Shown: positions 14,089-26,720 of the stretch, piece by piece
Numbering within the stretch: the stretch's first letter is position 1
Layout: each line of letters begins with the position of its first letter
Assembly: GCA_024137785.1 (NCBI GenBank)
Contig: JAHRHZ010000021.1
Span: 36,407,126 to 36,471,125 of the forward strand
DNA from: Ginglymostoma cirratum
Lineage: Eukaryota
DNA length: 64,000 nt
Reading direction: 5' to 3'
The notes under the pieces: generated by a model
What the model saw: only the letters and a program-made list of their open reading frames with translations
Database searches by the model: none
What the model was told of the DNA's origin: nothing
Program-made: the position numbers and the translations under genes

Positions 14089-16324
14089 GTCAAAGGATAT
14101 AGGGATCAGATAGGAAAGTAAAATTTGGCCTACATCTTGCCTACTCTTGTACCTATTTCTTATGTTTTCATTAATAGCAAATTTCTAGAGAATGAATAAG
14201 AACAGCTCTGGAATGAAATGAAGGCAGTAATCTAGGCATTCATTTTTGCTTGTGAAATCTAAACTTGACATGTTGGGCTGAAATTTTTTTTTTGGTTCTG
14301 TGTGAGTTGCAACAGGCATTTTGAAGAATTTTTCACCATGAAGTCTAGAGAGATTTCTTACTGTAACCTACTAAACTCACCTTATTAAGTACTTATTTCA
14401 CCCCTACGGCACCATCTAATTCTAGCGCCAACTTACCACATGCCATTCCCAAAGCAATTCTCAACTCAGCAGATATCTGCCAAATGACTGGCATACCTTG
14501 TGCCAACACCATCTTTAAAAGGTCACTGTGCAGCCAGACCAGCCTTGACATTCCAGTGTTACCTCTCAACAGCAATGTAATGGCATAATAGTCAAAAACC
14601 AATGCTGACCACGCACATAGCGGCGTGGTTGACACTCCCTTGTGTATACAAACTCACCTTTTCACCTTAGTTGCTGTATAACTACCAGGCCGCAAACTTC
14701 ACCTGTCTTTAGCTGCATCCAATTTAAACAGCCTCTCTAAGTTACCATTACTCTGTTCTCAATGCCCACTGGACAGTTTGTCATTGTTCAGTAGAGAACA
14801 TCACAAACAGGCAAATAATTAAACAATTCTAGACAGAAGCTATTATATACAGTCACTAAAACTGAACTCAATCAAAATGAGTAAAGGCTGCAGTTTGCCC
14901 TCACAATGCAAACCAAATGCTAGCGTCATGTCCAAAGACAATTTTACACTCAATGATGGTCCACTGCACCCAGCTGTACTCTAATTGTAACAAGGTACCA
15001 ATCATATCCTGTCTGGCTTGTAGCCCCTGATGTAGATGAGCTCTATCATGCCCAAAGAGACCTTCATTCTCTTCAATATCTTGTCCTCTTCCTTGGAAGA
15101 CTGCTCCCATTCCAACAGTTCCTCAGTATCTATCACATTGCCTCATTGCCTGCTCCAATCGTGCAGAGCACATCATGCCGGAATGATGTGACGTACTTTG
15201 TTTAGCCTATACTAGAGTACCCCTCCAGCACCACTCCCAAACCAGTCCAAGCAGGGGCACAATACCTTAAGGAGCTCTATTGTTTAGTCCACCACGGTCC
15301 TGGTTGTAGCCTGTGAACCAACTCGGTGAAGGTGCCATACCAGCTGAGTGACCAACATATTACATTGAAAAAAGAAGTGCCTGTTGTGCTCCAATCCCCT
15401 TCCCACTGAGACCCACCTCAATCATTCAAACGATCATTGCATTCAGCAGGGTCCACTATCGTATTCTCCTAAGATATAATTCAGTGATGTTCCTCTCATC
15501 ACACAGCAACCATGTAAGTTTCACAATTGATGGAACACTTTTGGCCAGCATTCGCCTCCTTTTTAAGACATCATTGAGATGGCAATGTTAGATTTGCAGG
15601 TACCTATGTCATGGTGCAATTCAACTTTGTCCAACATTTGGAACCTAAGCATGCTCACTCCACTGTGTTACAAATAGGCAAAGCAATGTTTGCAAATGAA
15701 AGATAGCTATATTTTGCAGATATGTACTTCATGTATTTGCCTCTTCAGTGTAGATATGGATCTCGTGCTTTCATCCATCAAACTGATTCTGATTTCATCA
15801 TCCTTTGCTTTGTCCCAGCAATTTTCCAGTTGCAGGGAGCATCTATAGATCAGCAAGAGATATTAGGCATCACATCTCATAGTGGAGACCGTCAGCACCA
15901 TGTTCTGAGCTCCTCCTTCATCGTGAAATATCTCCCCTCCAACGTACACGTGTGCACATGCACACTCGCATGCGCATACACACATCCATATCCATGTCAC
16001 CTTCTACCTCACTCTACCCTGACATTCAATTTCTACTATCACATTCAACCCCATCACATTGAACTTTGCCTCTTCTGTCCTCCTTGCCCCTGAGACCCAT
16101 CATTACATTGTAATAATGCCCACTCCGTTCCTGTGCCCTATCCTGTGTGGATGCTGTGGTGGTGGTTACTGTTAATAAAATGTCTTTCCACAACCTGTCA
16201 TGCTTTCCACTTTTGTTCCATTTACCTCCCATTCACCTTGAGTTTCCCCTGTTTCCATCCTTGCCCCCACCTCTGCACATTCCTCTGCTTTACACCACCT
16301 GTTTTGACAATAACTCCCCCACTG

Positions 16325-17205
16325 CCCCAGTTAAAAGTTAATTGGAGTAGACTGTTTACAGGTAAAGGGATGACTGCCAAATGGCAGGCCTTCAAAAAGT
16401 GTGATAATGAGAATTCAGAGGCAATATATTCCTGCTAGGGTGAAAGGCAAGGCTGGTAAGATTTGAGAACAATGGATAAATAAAGATGCTGACGTTCTAG
16501 TCAAGAATAAAAGAAATCATAGATATAGATAACTAGGATCAACTGAATGTCTTGAAGAGTATAAAGGGTGTAGAGGCATTCTTAAGAAGGAAATCAGGAA
16601 GGCAAAGAGGGGATATTAGATAGCATTGGCAGATAAGATTAAAGATAATCTAAAAATATTCTACAATACATTAAGAGAAAGAGAACAAAGAGAGAGAGAG
16701 TAGGACCCCTTAAAGATGAACCACGTTGCCTTTATGTTGAACCTCAGGAGGTGGGAGAGATATTAAATGAATATTTTGCATCAGTGAATACTGTTGAGAA
16801 AGAAATGGAGACTAGAGAACTGAGGGAAATAAATATTGATGTTTTGAAAACAGTTCACATTACAAAAGAGGAATTGTTGGAGGTCTTCGAAAGCATAGAG
16901 GTGGATAAGTCTCTGGGACCTGATCAAATGTATCCCAGGATATTGTGGAATGTTAGGGCAGAAATTGCAGGGCACCTAGCAGAAATATTTGTATCATCTA
17001 TAAACATGGATCCATAGAATCCCTACAGTGTGGAAACAGGCCATTCAGCCCAACCTTCCAAAAAGCATCCCACCCAAACCCATCCCTCTACCCCTGTAAC
17101 CATGCGCTTCACATGGCTAATGCATCTAATGGCCTCTTCTGGAGTACTGTATGCAGTTCTGGAAGGATATTATTAAAATGGAGAGGCTTCAGAAAAGACT
17201 TACCA
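16325..17205 (+). mobile_element. CR1 LINE ORF2 fragment with an inserted SINE 3' piece (17013-17128, -)
   Basis: MGEILNEYFASV...DKSLGPDQMYPRILWNVRAEIAGHLAEIF is the typical CR1 segment preceding the RT domain. Confidence 0.85.
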
Positions 17206-17581
17206 GGCTCCAGACTGTGCTCAGATCGATCCCCTGACTGTGAGCATTTCTGGCTGATGCCTGATGTTGGCCAAGCCCTTGACTCTGTACAGACTGTGCC
17301 CATGACTGATCACACTCGGACCCCCTGACAGACAGCACCCTATCTCCGCCCAACTCTTTACTGAGGACTAGTCTGCACCCACTTCTTGACATGGCCATTT
17401 GGTTGAAAGAATGTGCAGGGTGCTTGCCATATAGGCAGCTGTCATATCCTGCAGATGTTAAATTGATGTCTCAGTGTACTGTGCAGCAAGATGTTCTCCC
17501 GCAAGGCCCAGACAGATCTCAATTGATAAGTAACTTATCCACGTGCCTGTGCTAAATATTGCCTCAATATTGGCAGTACTG

Positions 17582-17994
17582 ACACAAACACGGAGATTGC
17601 TGGAGAAACTCAGTTGATACTCGCAGCATCTGAGTAGTGAGAAACATTTTGAGTTCTTCTTCAGAACAAGGTCAAAAATCACATGATAACAAGCATGGGG
17701 CTGGATGAACACAGCAGGTCAAGCAGCATCATAGGAGCAGGAAAACTTGACGTTTCGGGCCTAAACGTTTCAGGTGTTCATGCTGTGTTCATCCAGCCCC
17801 ATGCTTGTTATCTCGGATTCTCCAGCATCTGCAGTACCTTTTATCTCTGATACAAAAATCACATGATACCAGGTTATAGTCCAACAGGTTTATGTGAAAA
17901 GCAACCTGTTGGACTATAACCTGCTGTCGTGTGATTTTTGACCTTGTCCACCCCAGTCCAACACCGGCACCTCCACATCACTTCTTCAGAACAA
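17582..17994. mobile_element. Three nested Penelope-like fragments (family C > family B > family A)
   Basis: Inner element with TSD caaaaatcacatgata (17673-17688 / 17853-17868). Middle element with TSD cttcttcagaacaa (17656-17669 / 17981-17994). Outer decayed family-C fragment on the - strand. Confidence 0.8.
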
Positions 17995-18595
17995 CAGTAA
18001 TGATATCTGCTGGCTCTGGCTGAAGTATCAACTCACAACAGGCATGGCGTGGCAAGACAGGACATGGACTGTGAACATACAGGTAGGGTGGTAAGAGAGC
18101 AAGCGAGCATCTCTGAGATGCGGTCTGACCCAATCTGTGAGCTGGGTGCCTATACCTGAATGCCAAGTATCTTTATAGTAGCATCCCAATGCAAAATGGG
18201 GATTTTACTTACGGATGCTGCTGAAATGCAAGTCTGTGCTTCCTAAGCATCCTGCAAGAGGATTGCAGAAGTCCCATGATGATCATGAGGGCTTGACAAA
18301 GATCAGATGCCAATGTCTGTGGATGAGGGGGTGCTTGCAGCTGGTGCCAGTGGATTGTGCTCTGAGATGCTGTTTGGTGTTGAGCAAATATGGAGACTGT
18401 ACATAGCTAACGGTGTGCTGAAGTCACTCAGTACCTGCTGTTTTCAATGTTGCGAATTCTCAACATCTAGCTTGTTCAGCACATTTGGTAAGATAAGATG
18501 CTGAATATTAATGAAGTGGGTTGTGGTATTAATAAGGCATTTTACAAGCTATAATAGACTTATAAGCCAATGACTAACAAGAAACTCACCTTTAG

Positions 18596-18920
18596 ATCAT
18601 AGAATCCCTAAAGTGTGGAAACAGGCCCTTTGGCCCAACAAGTCCACACTGACCCTCAGAGCATCCCCCCTGAGATCCATCCCCCTCTCACCCACCTAAT
18701 CTACATATCCCTGAACATTACAGGCAATTTAGCATGGCCAATCCACCTAACCCTGCACATCTTTGGACTGTGGGAGTAAACCAGAGCACCCAGAGGAAAC
18801 CCACGCAGACACAGGGCGAATGTGCAAACTCTACACAGACAGTCGCCTGAAGATGGAATCAAACCCAGGTCCCTGGTGCTGTGAGGCAGCAGTGCTAACC
18901 ACTAAGCTACTGTGTCACCT
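18596..18920 (-). mobile_element. HE1-type V-SINE, full length
   Basis: The - strand has a tRNA-like head (tagcttagtggttagcactgctgcctcacagc...gggtttgattcc), a V-domain (gagtttgcacattc...gtctgcgtgggtttcctc) and a CR1-derived tail (gggattctatga). Confidence 0.9.
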
Positions 18921-20779
18921 CTCTATTGTAAATGCACAAAAGATGTATTGGGTTGCTCCCAACATTGAGATGGACCTCACCGGATTTCTCATGCAATTCT
19001 GCCACAAATTGCCCTGTTGCCCGTGTTGTCAAGCTTTTATAAGATTCTGCCCATAAATTTTGTCAATCCTTTTGATCCTGATGCTCTATAAATTGTTAAG
19101 GAAATCTTAAGATCTTTATACGTCTTTTCATGTGCTCTATCCTTACTAATTAATTATGGCATGACAGATGTTATTGTGAACAAAGACTCCAGTAATGAGA
19201 CAGTTTCTACAAAGTTGGGATAGTAAATCTAATTATTATCTAGGTGTGTAACTAATCAAGCTGAATTCATTGTCTTGATTCCTTATCTTGAATCTGTCTT
19301 GCCTCTCTCAATTCACAATGTGGCAACGAAAATAATCTACAGGCATGAATTAATTCTGCACCTCAAAAAAAACGGCTGTAAACAGTGCAGTCAGTTAAAT
19401 TATACCCTGACATTATTAAACCCTAAATCATCCTGGGAATGAACAGCTCTAACCATTTCATTATTTCTTGCTGTCATATCAATCTACAGCCATTTATAAG
19501 TAAAAGGAAGGCAAAAACCTTAATCACATGAGATTAGTCTAAATCCTAACTCTGTATAGGTATGTATTCATGACTAGTTTATGTAACAATATGAAATATT
19601 CTGAAATTCAACTTCTTTTCTAGTATTTCTTTATAGCAATGGCTCCCTCTGCAGGATAAATGATAAAATCTCAAAAGATTCCCAACAATACTAACGATTT
19701 GGATGAATGTTAAAATTTTCCTGAAAAAGCTTTATGTTTCAACCTTAACAGAGATGTATAAAAAATGCCTCTATATGCATATCTTGTGACAATGGTATTG
19801 GAAGGAACCTGTTTCAGAAAGCTAGAAATATAAACAGTCAAGGTGCTGTGTCGAAACCACAACGAATCATTGGATATTAAGATTGCACATCTTCAAAGAC
19901 AGAGGGTTCTTAGTCACACAATTTCACTTGCACATATTTTCTTAATCCTCTCTGCTTGTCCCTCATCTCCTCCCACCAAGCATAAACACATACATACATA
20001 ACATTATTACGGGAAATTCTATTAACAGGACATTCTCCTTGCATTATATTGGAGTGATAATTCCATTTCAATTATACCTCTGGTTATGGTGACCATTCAG
20101 TTTAAGATGACTACAACTATATACATAAATAGATCTTCTTCACCTCTTAATATATTATTATAAATTTTATCTCAAGTGTTTTCCCAATAATGACTGTTTT
20201 GTTTACCAGGAAGACTGACTATATGTTCTTTTCACTTTAACTGGTAAACCACTTTATTGCATAGGAAACTGGACATATCTCCCAATCACTCTGCTTGGAC
20301 AATTCCATTCACATTCCAAAATTTGTCTGACTTTGCAAGTAGACAGTTTGTACGCAGATGTCTTCCCCTTGTTTTACTTGAAATTTGACTACATGCCTCA
20401 CCTCATTACTCCAAGAGTTCAGACACGTTTCATCCCTCCATCAAAATGTTTTGATACAAAAATGAGCTCTGCGATCAGAGATATTTCCAGGATCAGTGTG
20501 CGCTCAGTCCTATGGGTTATATAACAAAGTCCAGTCTCATGAGAACTCCATTATGCAGGAACTGTTTATGGACTGTTCCATTACGAATACACTGTCTTCA
20601 GTAATTGAGTATTTTTTGGGTGGATATTAGCCTTGCCACTCCCTCCAAACAAAACCTACGCTTTCCCAGTGGGCAAGGGTCAGTCATGTGGTTAAAACTG
20701 CAGTCAAAGGCTTCCTGCTGCATTCACAAGTGTGACCAATTTAACTACCAAACTATGTTGCAATATCAGACTTTTGTAA

Positions 20780-21485
20780 GCAATTGTAATTTAAAATGCG
20801 CAAGAGGTCAGAATTAGAGGAACATGGTTTGGAAGGTTTGTGGGGCTAGAGAAGATTACAGGGGTTATGAGAGATTTGAAAACAAGGATAATAATTTTAA
20901 ACTCAAGATGTTGTTTGACTGGGAGCCAATGTAAGATAATGAACACAGGAGCGATAGAGGATTGGGTTGGCTGGGAGATAAGAAATGGATAACAAAGTTT
21001 AGGATGACCTCAAGTTTATTGATTGTAGGAAGCTTGAATGAGATTTTCTGCAGTAAACGAATAAGCACAAGGGCAATTTTGAGTAATGCTGCAGAGTTGG
21101 AAGTAGATGGCACTGATCTGAGTTGGAAGCTCAATGTGGGATCAAGTTTAGCACCAAGTCTATGAACAGACTGGTTTAATACTTCAAGATAACAAGGTGT
21201 AGAGCTGGATGAACACAGCAGGCCAAGCAGCATCTGCAGTTCCTACTATCTCTGGTTTAATACTTCAACTGACAAAGGAGCAATGCTCCGAAAGCTTGTG
21301 ATTTCAAATAAACCTGTTGGACTATAACTTGGTGTTGTGTGACTTCAGACTAGTTTAATGTGGACTATTGCCAGGGAGAGAGATGTAATCATTAGCCAGG
21401 GGACAGAATTTAGGGACAAGGACCAGAAACAATAGTTTCAGTCTTGCCAATCATTCACTGGAGGATTTTTCCATTCATCTAGTTC
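20780..21485 (-). mobile_element. Old L2/CR1-like LINE fragment hosting two Penelope-like inserts
   Basis: Reverse-strand fragments resemble the L2 RT C-terminus. Similar sequence occurs at 63520-63930. Confidence 0.55.
21171..21359 (+). mobile_element. Two adjacent Penelope-like mini-insertions (collapsed family A-like, then family B)
   Basis: 17-bp direct repeat ctggtttaatacttcaa (21171-21187 / 21252-21268) flanks a 64-bp insert. It is followed by ctgacaa-a-ggagc-aat-gctcc-gaaagctt and aacctgttggactataac, and ends in cagactagtttaat (cf. cagactggtttaat at 21167). Confidence 0.8.
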
Positions 21486-21934
21486 TTTTTTTACTTTTTT
21501 TGGTTACCTGTGGACCAGATGGTTTGGCAGCAGGAGAGGAATTTCCATTGCTCTTGTCTTACACTCTCCTCCTCTGGCCATGATGAACCCTATATCCTCT
21601 CTCATTCCTTAATTTGTGTCATGGTGATAAAAAATGTGGACAATTGATTTTTAAATTTCAACTGCTGATTTAATGCCTGGGATTTTCATGGGCTGAGATG
21701 TTTTAAAACAGGACTAAAAATGCAGGCCTAAAATGACATAGGTGTCACAGGTTGACTAAGCTTCAGGAAATTGGAAGTGTTAGACAATTTTAGCAAAGAC
21801 AGTCTGAGCTGAAATGATAATTTATCCAAGGGCAATCGAACCAGCTAACCACTCACAATATGATATGTGAAAAGATCCTCCTCTCTTATTTGATTTGTAC
21901 TGTCAAAAGAACATCCACATGCTGGAGATGAGAA

Positions 21935-22125
21935 ATGGAAAGTAATGTTAGAAAATGTGATGGACGCCGATTCAGTTGAGGCATTCAAGAGGTGATTGGA
22001 TGATTATTTGAATAGAAATGGTGTGCAGAGATATGGGGAAAAGTCAGGAGATTCACAATAGGTAATAGAGCCAATGCAGGCATGATGGCCAGATGGCCTC
22101 CTTCTAACAATTCTGTGATTCTGTG
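21935..22125 (+). mobile_element. CR1 LINE 3' end
   Basis: ...gcattcaagagg...gatggccagatggcctccttct...ttctgtgattctgtga, the CR1 octamer tail. Confidence 0.75.
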
Positions 22126-22865
22126 AAACACTGCAGAATGAACTCAGCAGATGGAATATACTAGAAAGGTGCTATTTCAATGGGTAGTTTTTAACAGAGA
22201 TGATGAGATGATTTTAGACTGCAGAACTGCACACGGGCTGGAGAAGGTGCTCTCTTTCTCTTTCTCTCAGTGTCTTAAGAAGAAGAGTATCTGGTGGCAA
22301 TACTGACTAGAAAGAAACAATAGGAAACAGAAAACGTAAAATATAGCGACATTTGCTACTGCTGCTTGTCCAAAAAATTCAACTAACCTATTGTCTTACA
22401 CCTCAAGGTCACCCAAAGGAGTCTAAACAATATATTTTACTCTCCATTTATACTGCACACTTTTACATGTGTGTGTGTGCAAGGGTTGTGATGTGACTGC
22501 ACATTGGCTGTGTGCTTGATATTGTAGCTTTGTTATTTTCCTTGGAGTTAGCAGTTAATAAGCTTGCTATTTTTGAACTCAAGGAAGCTTTGTCATTGAC
22601 TTCTCACTACTGCAATAAAAATTAGTTAACTATTTTAACTGGTGAGATATAGAGCTTCATGCTAAAAAGATCTTAAACCTTTGTTGCGACTTTTCTAGAG
22701 GGAGTCAGTTCACCCTTTCTTATCTGGTTGTATTACATATGCCAGAGATTGTTCCCTCTAACCTCATGACATGCAAAATCTCACTGTTGGCCATTAGCCA
22801 ACTACATATTTCTACCAGATTTGAATGGCAATACATTAAAAACATTTTGATGAACTAGAGGACCT

Positions 22866-24056
22866 GCACAAATACAACAACAAAAACAGAAGTTGCTGGA
22901 AAAGCTCAGCAGATCTGACAGCATCTGTGAAGAAAAAAAATCTGAGTTAACGTTTCCAGTCCGGTGACCCTTCCTTAGAACTGATGGTAGCTGGGAAAAT
23001 GTCAGTTTATATACAGAAAATAGAAAGAGTGATGGGATAGGGAGTAAACGATAGGATAGAGCCTAAAGAGAAAGAAGAACACAAAACAGAAATTGCTGAA
23101 AAGCTCAGCAGGTCTGGCAGCATCTGTGAGGGAAAAACAGAGTTAATGTTCCAGGTCCGGTGACCCTCCCTCAGAACTGATGGTGGCTGGGAAAAAGTCA
23201 GTTTATATGCAGAAAAAAGGGGGAGGGGGATAGAGTAAGGAGTAAATGATAGGATAGAGCCCAAAGAGAAAGAAAGACAGTTGGACAGACAAAGAGTTGA
23301 TAATGATCAGGCTGGGAGGGTGAATAGTTGTTAATGGGGACTATTGGTGACTAATAGCGGGTAGAGTGTAATGGCAGGCTATGTGGTAACAGGGCCTGGT
23401 GTGTGGGGTTGGGGGTGGGACATGGGAGAGTTTAGGCCCTAAAATTATTGAACCCAATATTGAGTCCAAAGGGCTGCAGGGTTAAAGTGCCACTTTAACG
23501 CAACACCCTGTTCCCTGACCAACATGTCTGTCTCTGGCTTGCTGCAGTGTTCCAGTGAAGCTCAACGCAAGCTAGAAGGACAACACCTCATTTTCTGCTC
23601 GGAGACCTTGCAGCCCTCTGGACTCAATATTGAGTTCAATAATTTTAGGGCCTAAACTCTCCCATGTCCCAGTCCCCAACCCCACACACCAGGCCCTGTT
23701 ACCATATAGCCTGCCATTACACACTACCTGCTATTAGCCACTAATAGTCCCTATTAACAACTATTCACCCTCCCAGCCTGATCATTATCAAGACCCTGTC
23801 CAACCTCTCTTCTCCCTCTTTAGGCTCTATCCTATCATTTACTCCTTACCCCATGCCCTTCCCCCTTTTTTCTGCATATAAACTGACATTTTCCCAGCCA
23901 CCATCAGTTCTGAGGAAGGGTCATCGAATCCGAAATGTTAACTCTGATATTTTTCTTCACGATGCTGCCAGACTTGCTGAGCTTTTCCAGCAACTTCTGT
24001 TTTTGTTACTGATTTACAACAACCACAGTTCTTTTGGTTTTTATCCAGCACAAATA
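22866..24056 (+). mobile_element. Penelope-like element 3' end with long inverted pseudo-LTRs (family C)
   Basis: Left arm ~22878-23480 (containing a ~195-bp tandem duplication) is the reverse complement of ~23605-24008. Spacer 23488-23655 translates CHFNATPCSLTNMSVSGLLQCSSEAQRKLEGQHLIFCSETLQPSGLNIEFNNFRA*, a Penelope GIY-YIG C-terminus. gcacaaata is repeated at 22866 and 24048. Confidence 0.9.
23905..23946 (+). ncRNA. Minimal type I hammerhead ribozyme motif
   Basis: Stem I agtt/aact, core CUGAGGA, stem II gggt-catcga-atcc, then GAAA-UGUU. Activity is untested. Confidence 0.65.
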
Positions 24057-24116
24057 GTCTGAATTAAAATTTGGGCTGTTGACTAGATAATCTAACCACT
24101 TTTTGTTAATTTACAG

Positions 24117-24244
24117 GAAGTTCTTCACGACTCAGGATAGACATAGTATTTTCACAATGGACCATTTTCCACTCTGGTACCGACGGGCTGCTGAGCACCC
24201 AGCTGGACATTTTGTTTACTACATAGCTTTTGAGGAAGACTTAG
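24117..24244 (+). CDS. CACNA2D4: CACNA2D4 internal coding exon
   Basis: ttacag|G...G|gttagt, 128 nt, phase 2 to 1. [42 protein letters not shown] matches [34 protein letters not shown]. Branch-point-like tctaac at 24091. Confidence 0.95.
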
Positions 24245-24849
24245 GTTAGTGTTCTTCTCAACCATTGTTTCTCAAATACTGCTCTATTAGTAGTTATGTC
24301 TCATAGCCCATTTGTACATGTGTCTTCTCATGCCACATCATTTGTGTGAGTCTCTTAAAGCTGTGCATTTTGTTGTGTGCATTAGGAAGGAAATTACTGT
24401 CTTCCCCCCAAAGTCAGGAACTTGCTCACATTTTGTAAGAAAATATTTAGTTGGCCCTTCGAGGTTATAAATATTGAGTACACCTGAAATTTGCACTGTT
24501 TTCTACAATTTATGTTACCTCCATAGGCAAAATGGTGGTGAGTGGGATGTACATCTTGTCGGGTGAAGAAGGGTGGTAGAGTATTTTAGAAAGTTCAGCG
24601 TGCATATAATGAGAGGGAGGTTGGAGGCAGCAGTTAATACTGCAGTAGATGTTCAGGATTGTAGACTATTGCTATTTTCGAGACTCTCCATTGAACTAAC
24701 ATCACAAATTTATGTGATTAATACTAGGGTTTCATTGAGTGACCATTGCACATGGCTGAGTGTTGGATGTAAGGTTGAACCATAGCAGTTTTGCAGTGAG
24801 GAAGAATTTGAGTGAAGGAAGGAGAGGTGAACAGTTGGTCAGGGTCAGT

Positions 24850-25605
24850 CAGGCCACTAAGAAAGTTGGTGTTGCAGTAGTTGCAGAATGTGGTTGAGCC
24901 AATCATCCCTAAGATCATCCATACACTATTGGATAAGTCTACAGAGGTTTGACTACCTACACCCTTTTAAGCACCAGTACATTATCTCACCTGTGACTTG
25001 ATAAATAAGCTCCAGATGCTCGGGAGGCCACCCAAGTTTGGCAACAGTTAAGGTGACAGTAGCCTTGACATTCTACATCACTGGATCATTCCAGGCAGCA
25101 GACAGGGATCTCTGTGGAATATCGGAAGTATAAAGGTTATTACGATTCCTTATTGTGGGGAGCTTGGAAATTCATAAACCACACCAGACGAGGCTGGTCA
25201 TGATATGAGAATAAGAGGCTCTTATGCCCTAGAAACTATTCCTAACATGCAGAGAGTTGTAGACTGCACCTGTGCGGCTAGTAGAGCACATATGGGCCAG
25301 CCTTAATCCTTTGAAAATCACAAGGGGATATACTTTTTCAACATGCAGAGAGTGTCCTCCACCAATTTATTATACAGTCATGTGTGTGGTACCCTGGGTG
25401 TAATCATGACTACCACATCTTTCAAATACTCCCAGGTGCAGAGGTTTTTCAACCCAGCAATTGGATGAGTGGATTCTAGATGACAAGAGGTGTCCATTTA
25501 GGAGATGGTTAATGACCCCAGTGAAGAACATAAGAACAGAGCCAAAGCAAAAAGATAATGAGATCCACGTGACCATGCAGGTGACAATTAATCAGACCAT
25601 GGGCT
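24850..25605 (+). mobile_element. PIF/Harbinger transposase remnant (HARBI1-like DDE)
   Basis: Fragments KVTVALTFYITGSFQAADRDLCGISE, PNMQRVVDCT and WILDDKRCPFRRWLMTPVKN...HVTMQVTINQTMG follow the Harbinger motif order. Confidence 0.8.
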
Positions 25606-26390
25606 GAATCTTATGGTCCTCCGCCAGTATAGTTGAAACTGGAGATGTTCACAAAATAAAGCAGGTGTTCTGCCTACTGCCTTTCTGTCTACCCCAGACT
25701 TGTCTCCTAAAATACAGAAGGTATGTAGTGCACCCACAACCTATCTAACCCTGGACAGTAAGGACCATAACAGCTTCGTTCTGCCTTTATCGCCTGGAGG
25801 CCAGATGGGGAAGCCAACAGCTTTCATTGTGCATGCTGCTGTTGGGCAGAAATGGGGAGGAGGTCTGCCTCCTTATTGGGAGCATTCTGTCTCGGTCCCA
25901 AGAATCATGGTCTGCCTCTTTATTCCAACCCCTCTAAAACCTGACCCCATACCTCCCTCCCCAACCTCACTGGTGACTGCTAGGCATGCCCATATAAAAT
26001 TCCTGACTTATCTGAAGTCTTGAAACCATCACTTCTTCATCTTATATAGATGGCTATAATCCCAGAAGTGGCCACTATTTGATTCTAACACTGCTGCGAC
26101 CACAGAGCTGCTAGCTAATCCCATTCTGATCTAATTAATGCTGCACCCGGCATGTTACTACAGCAGGGAACTGGGATTCTGGTTGCTCTTCTCTGATGGA
26201 CTTTTTAGTTGGGAGGTAGACAGATGATGCATTCTCTTATAAATTCCACCCTCACAGGTCTGCTCTGAATGAGATTTAATTGCCAAGACAGCGCTTTTCA
26301 CTATTTGCCAGCGAGGGTCTCTAGCATCATGGTTTTGTGCATTATCCACAACTTGACATGAAGAATGGGAGAGGTGTGAGAACAGAAATT

Positions 26391-26720
26391 CATAGAATCA
26401 TAGAATCCCTATAGTGTGGAAACAGGCCCCTTCGGCCCAACAAGTCCACACCGACCCTCAGAGCATCTCGCCAAGATCCATACCCCTATAACCCACCTAA
26501 TCTACACATCCGTGAACACTACGGGCAATTTAGCACAGCCAATCCACCTAACCTGCACATCTTTGGTCTTGGGAGGAAACCAGAGCACCCGGAGGAAACC
26601 CACGCAGACCTGGGGAGAATGTGCAAACTCCAAACAGACAGTCGCCTGAGGCTGGAATCGAACCCGGATCCCTGGTGCTGTGAGGCAGCAGTGCTAACCA
26701 CTGAGTCACCGTGCCGCCAC
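26391..26720 (-). mobile_element. HE1-type V-SINE, full length, young
   Basis: The - strand reads ggcggcacggtgactcagtggttagcactgctgcc...gggttcgattcc (A/B boxes), then the V-domain and the gattctatgattctatga tail. Confidence 0.92.

Noticed and set aside
14860-16100. Possible further Harbinger remnant and a 123-aa ORF
   Set aside because: Only an isolated IDGT-like word was seen, too degenerate to support a call.
24850-25605. Domesticated HARBI1 gene
   Set aside because: Multiple frameshifts and stops indicate a transposon fossil.
26660-26720. tRNA gene
   Set aside because: The A/B boxes belong to the SINE head and continue into the V-domain and LINE tail.
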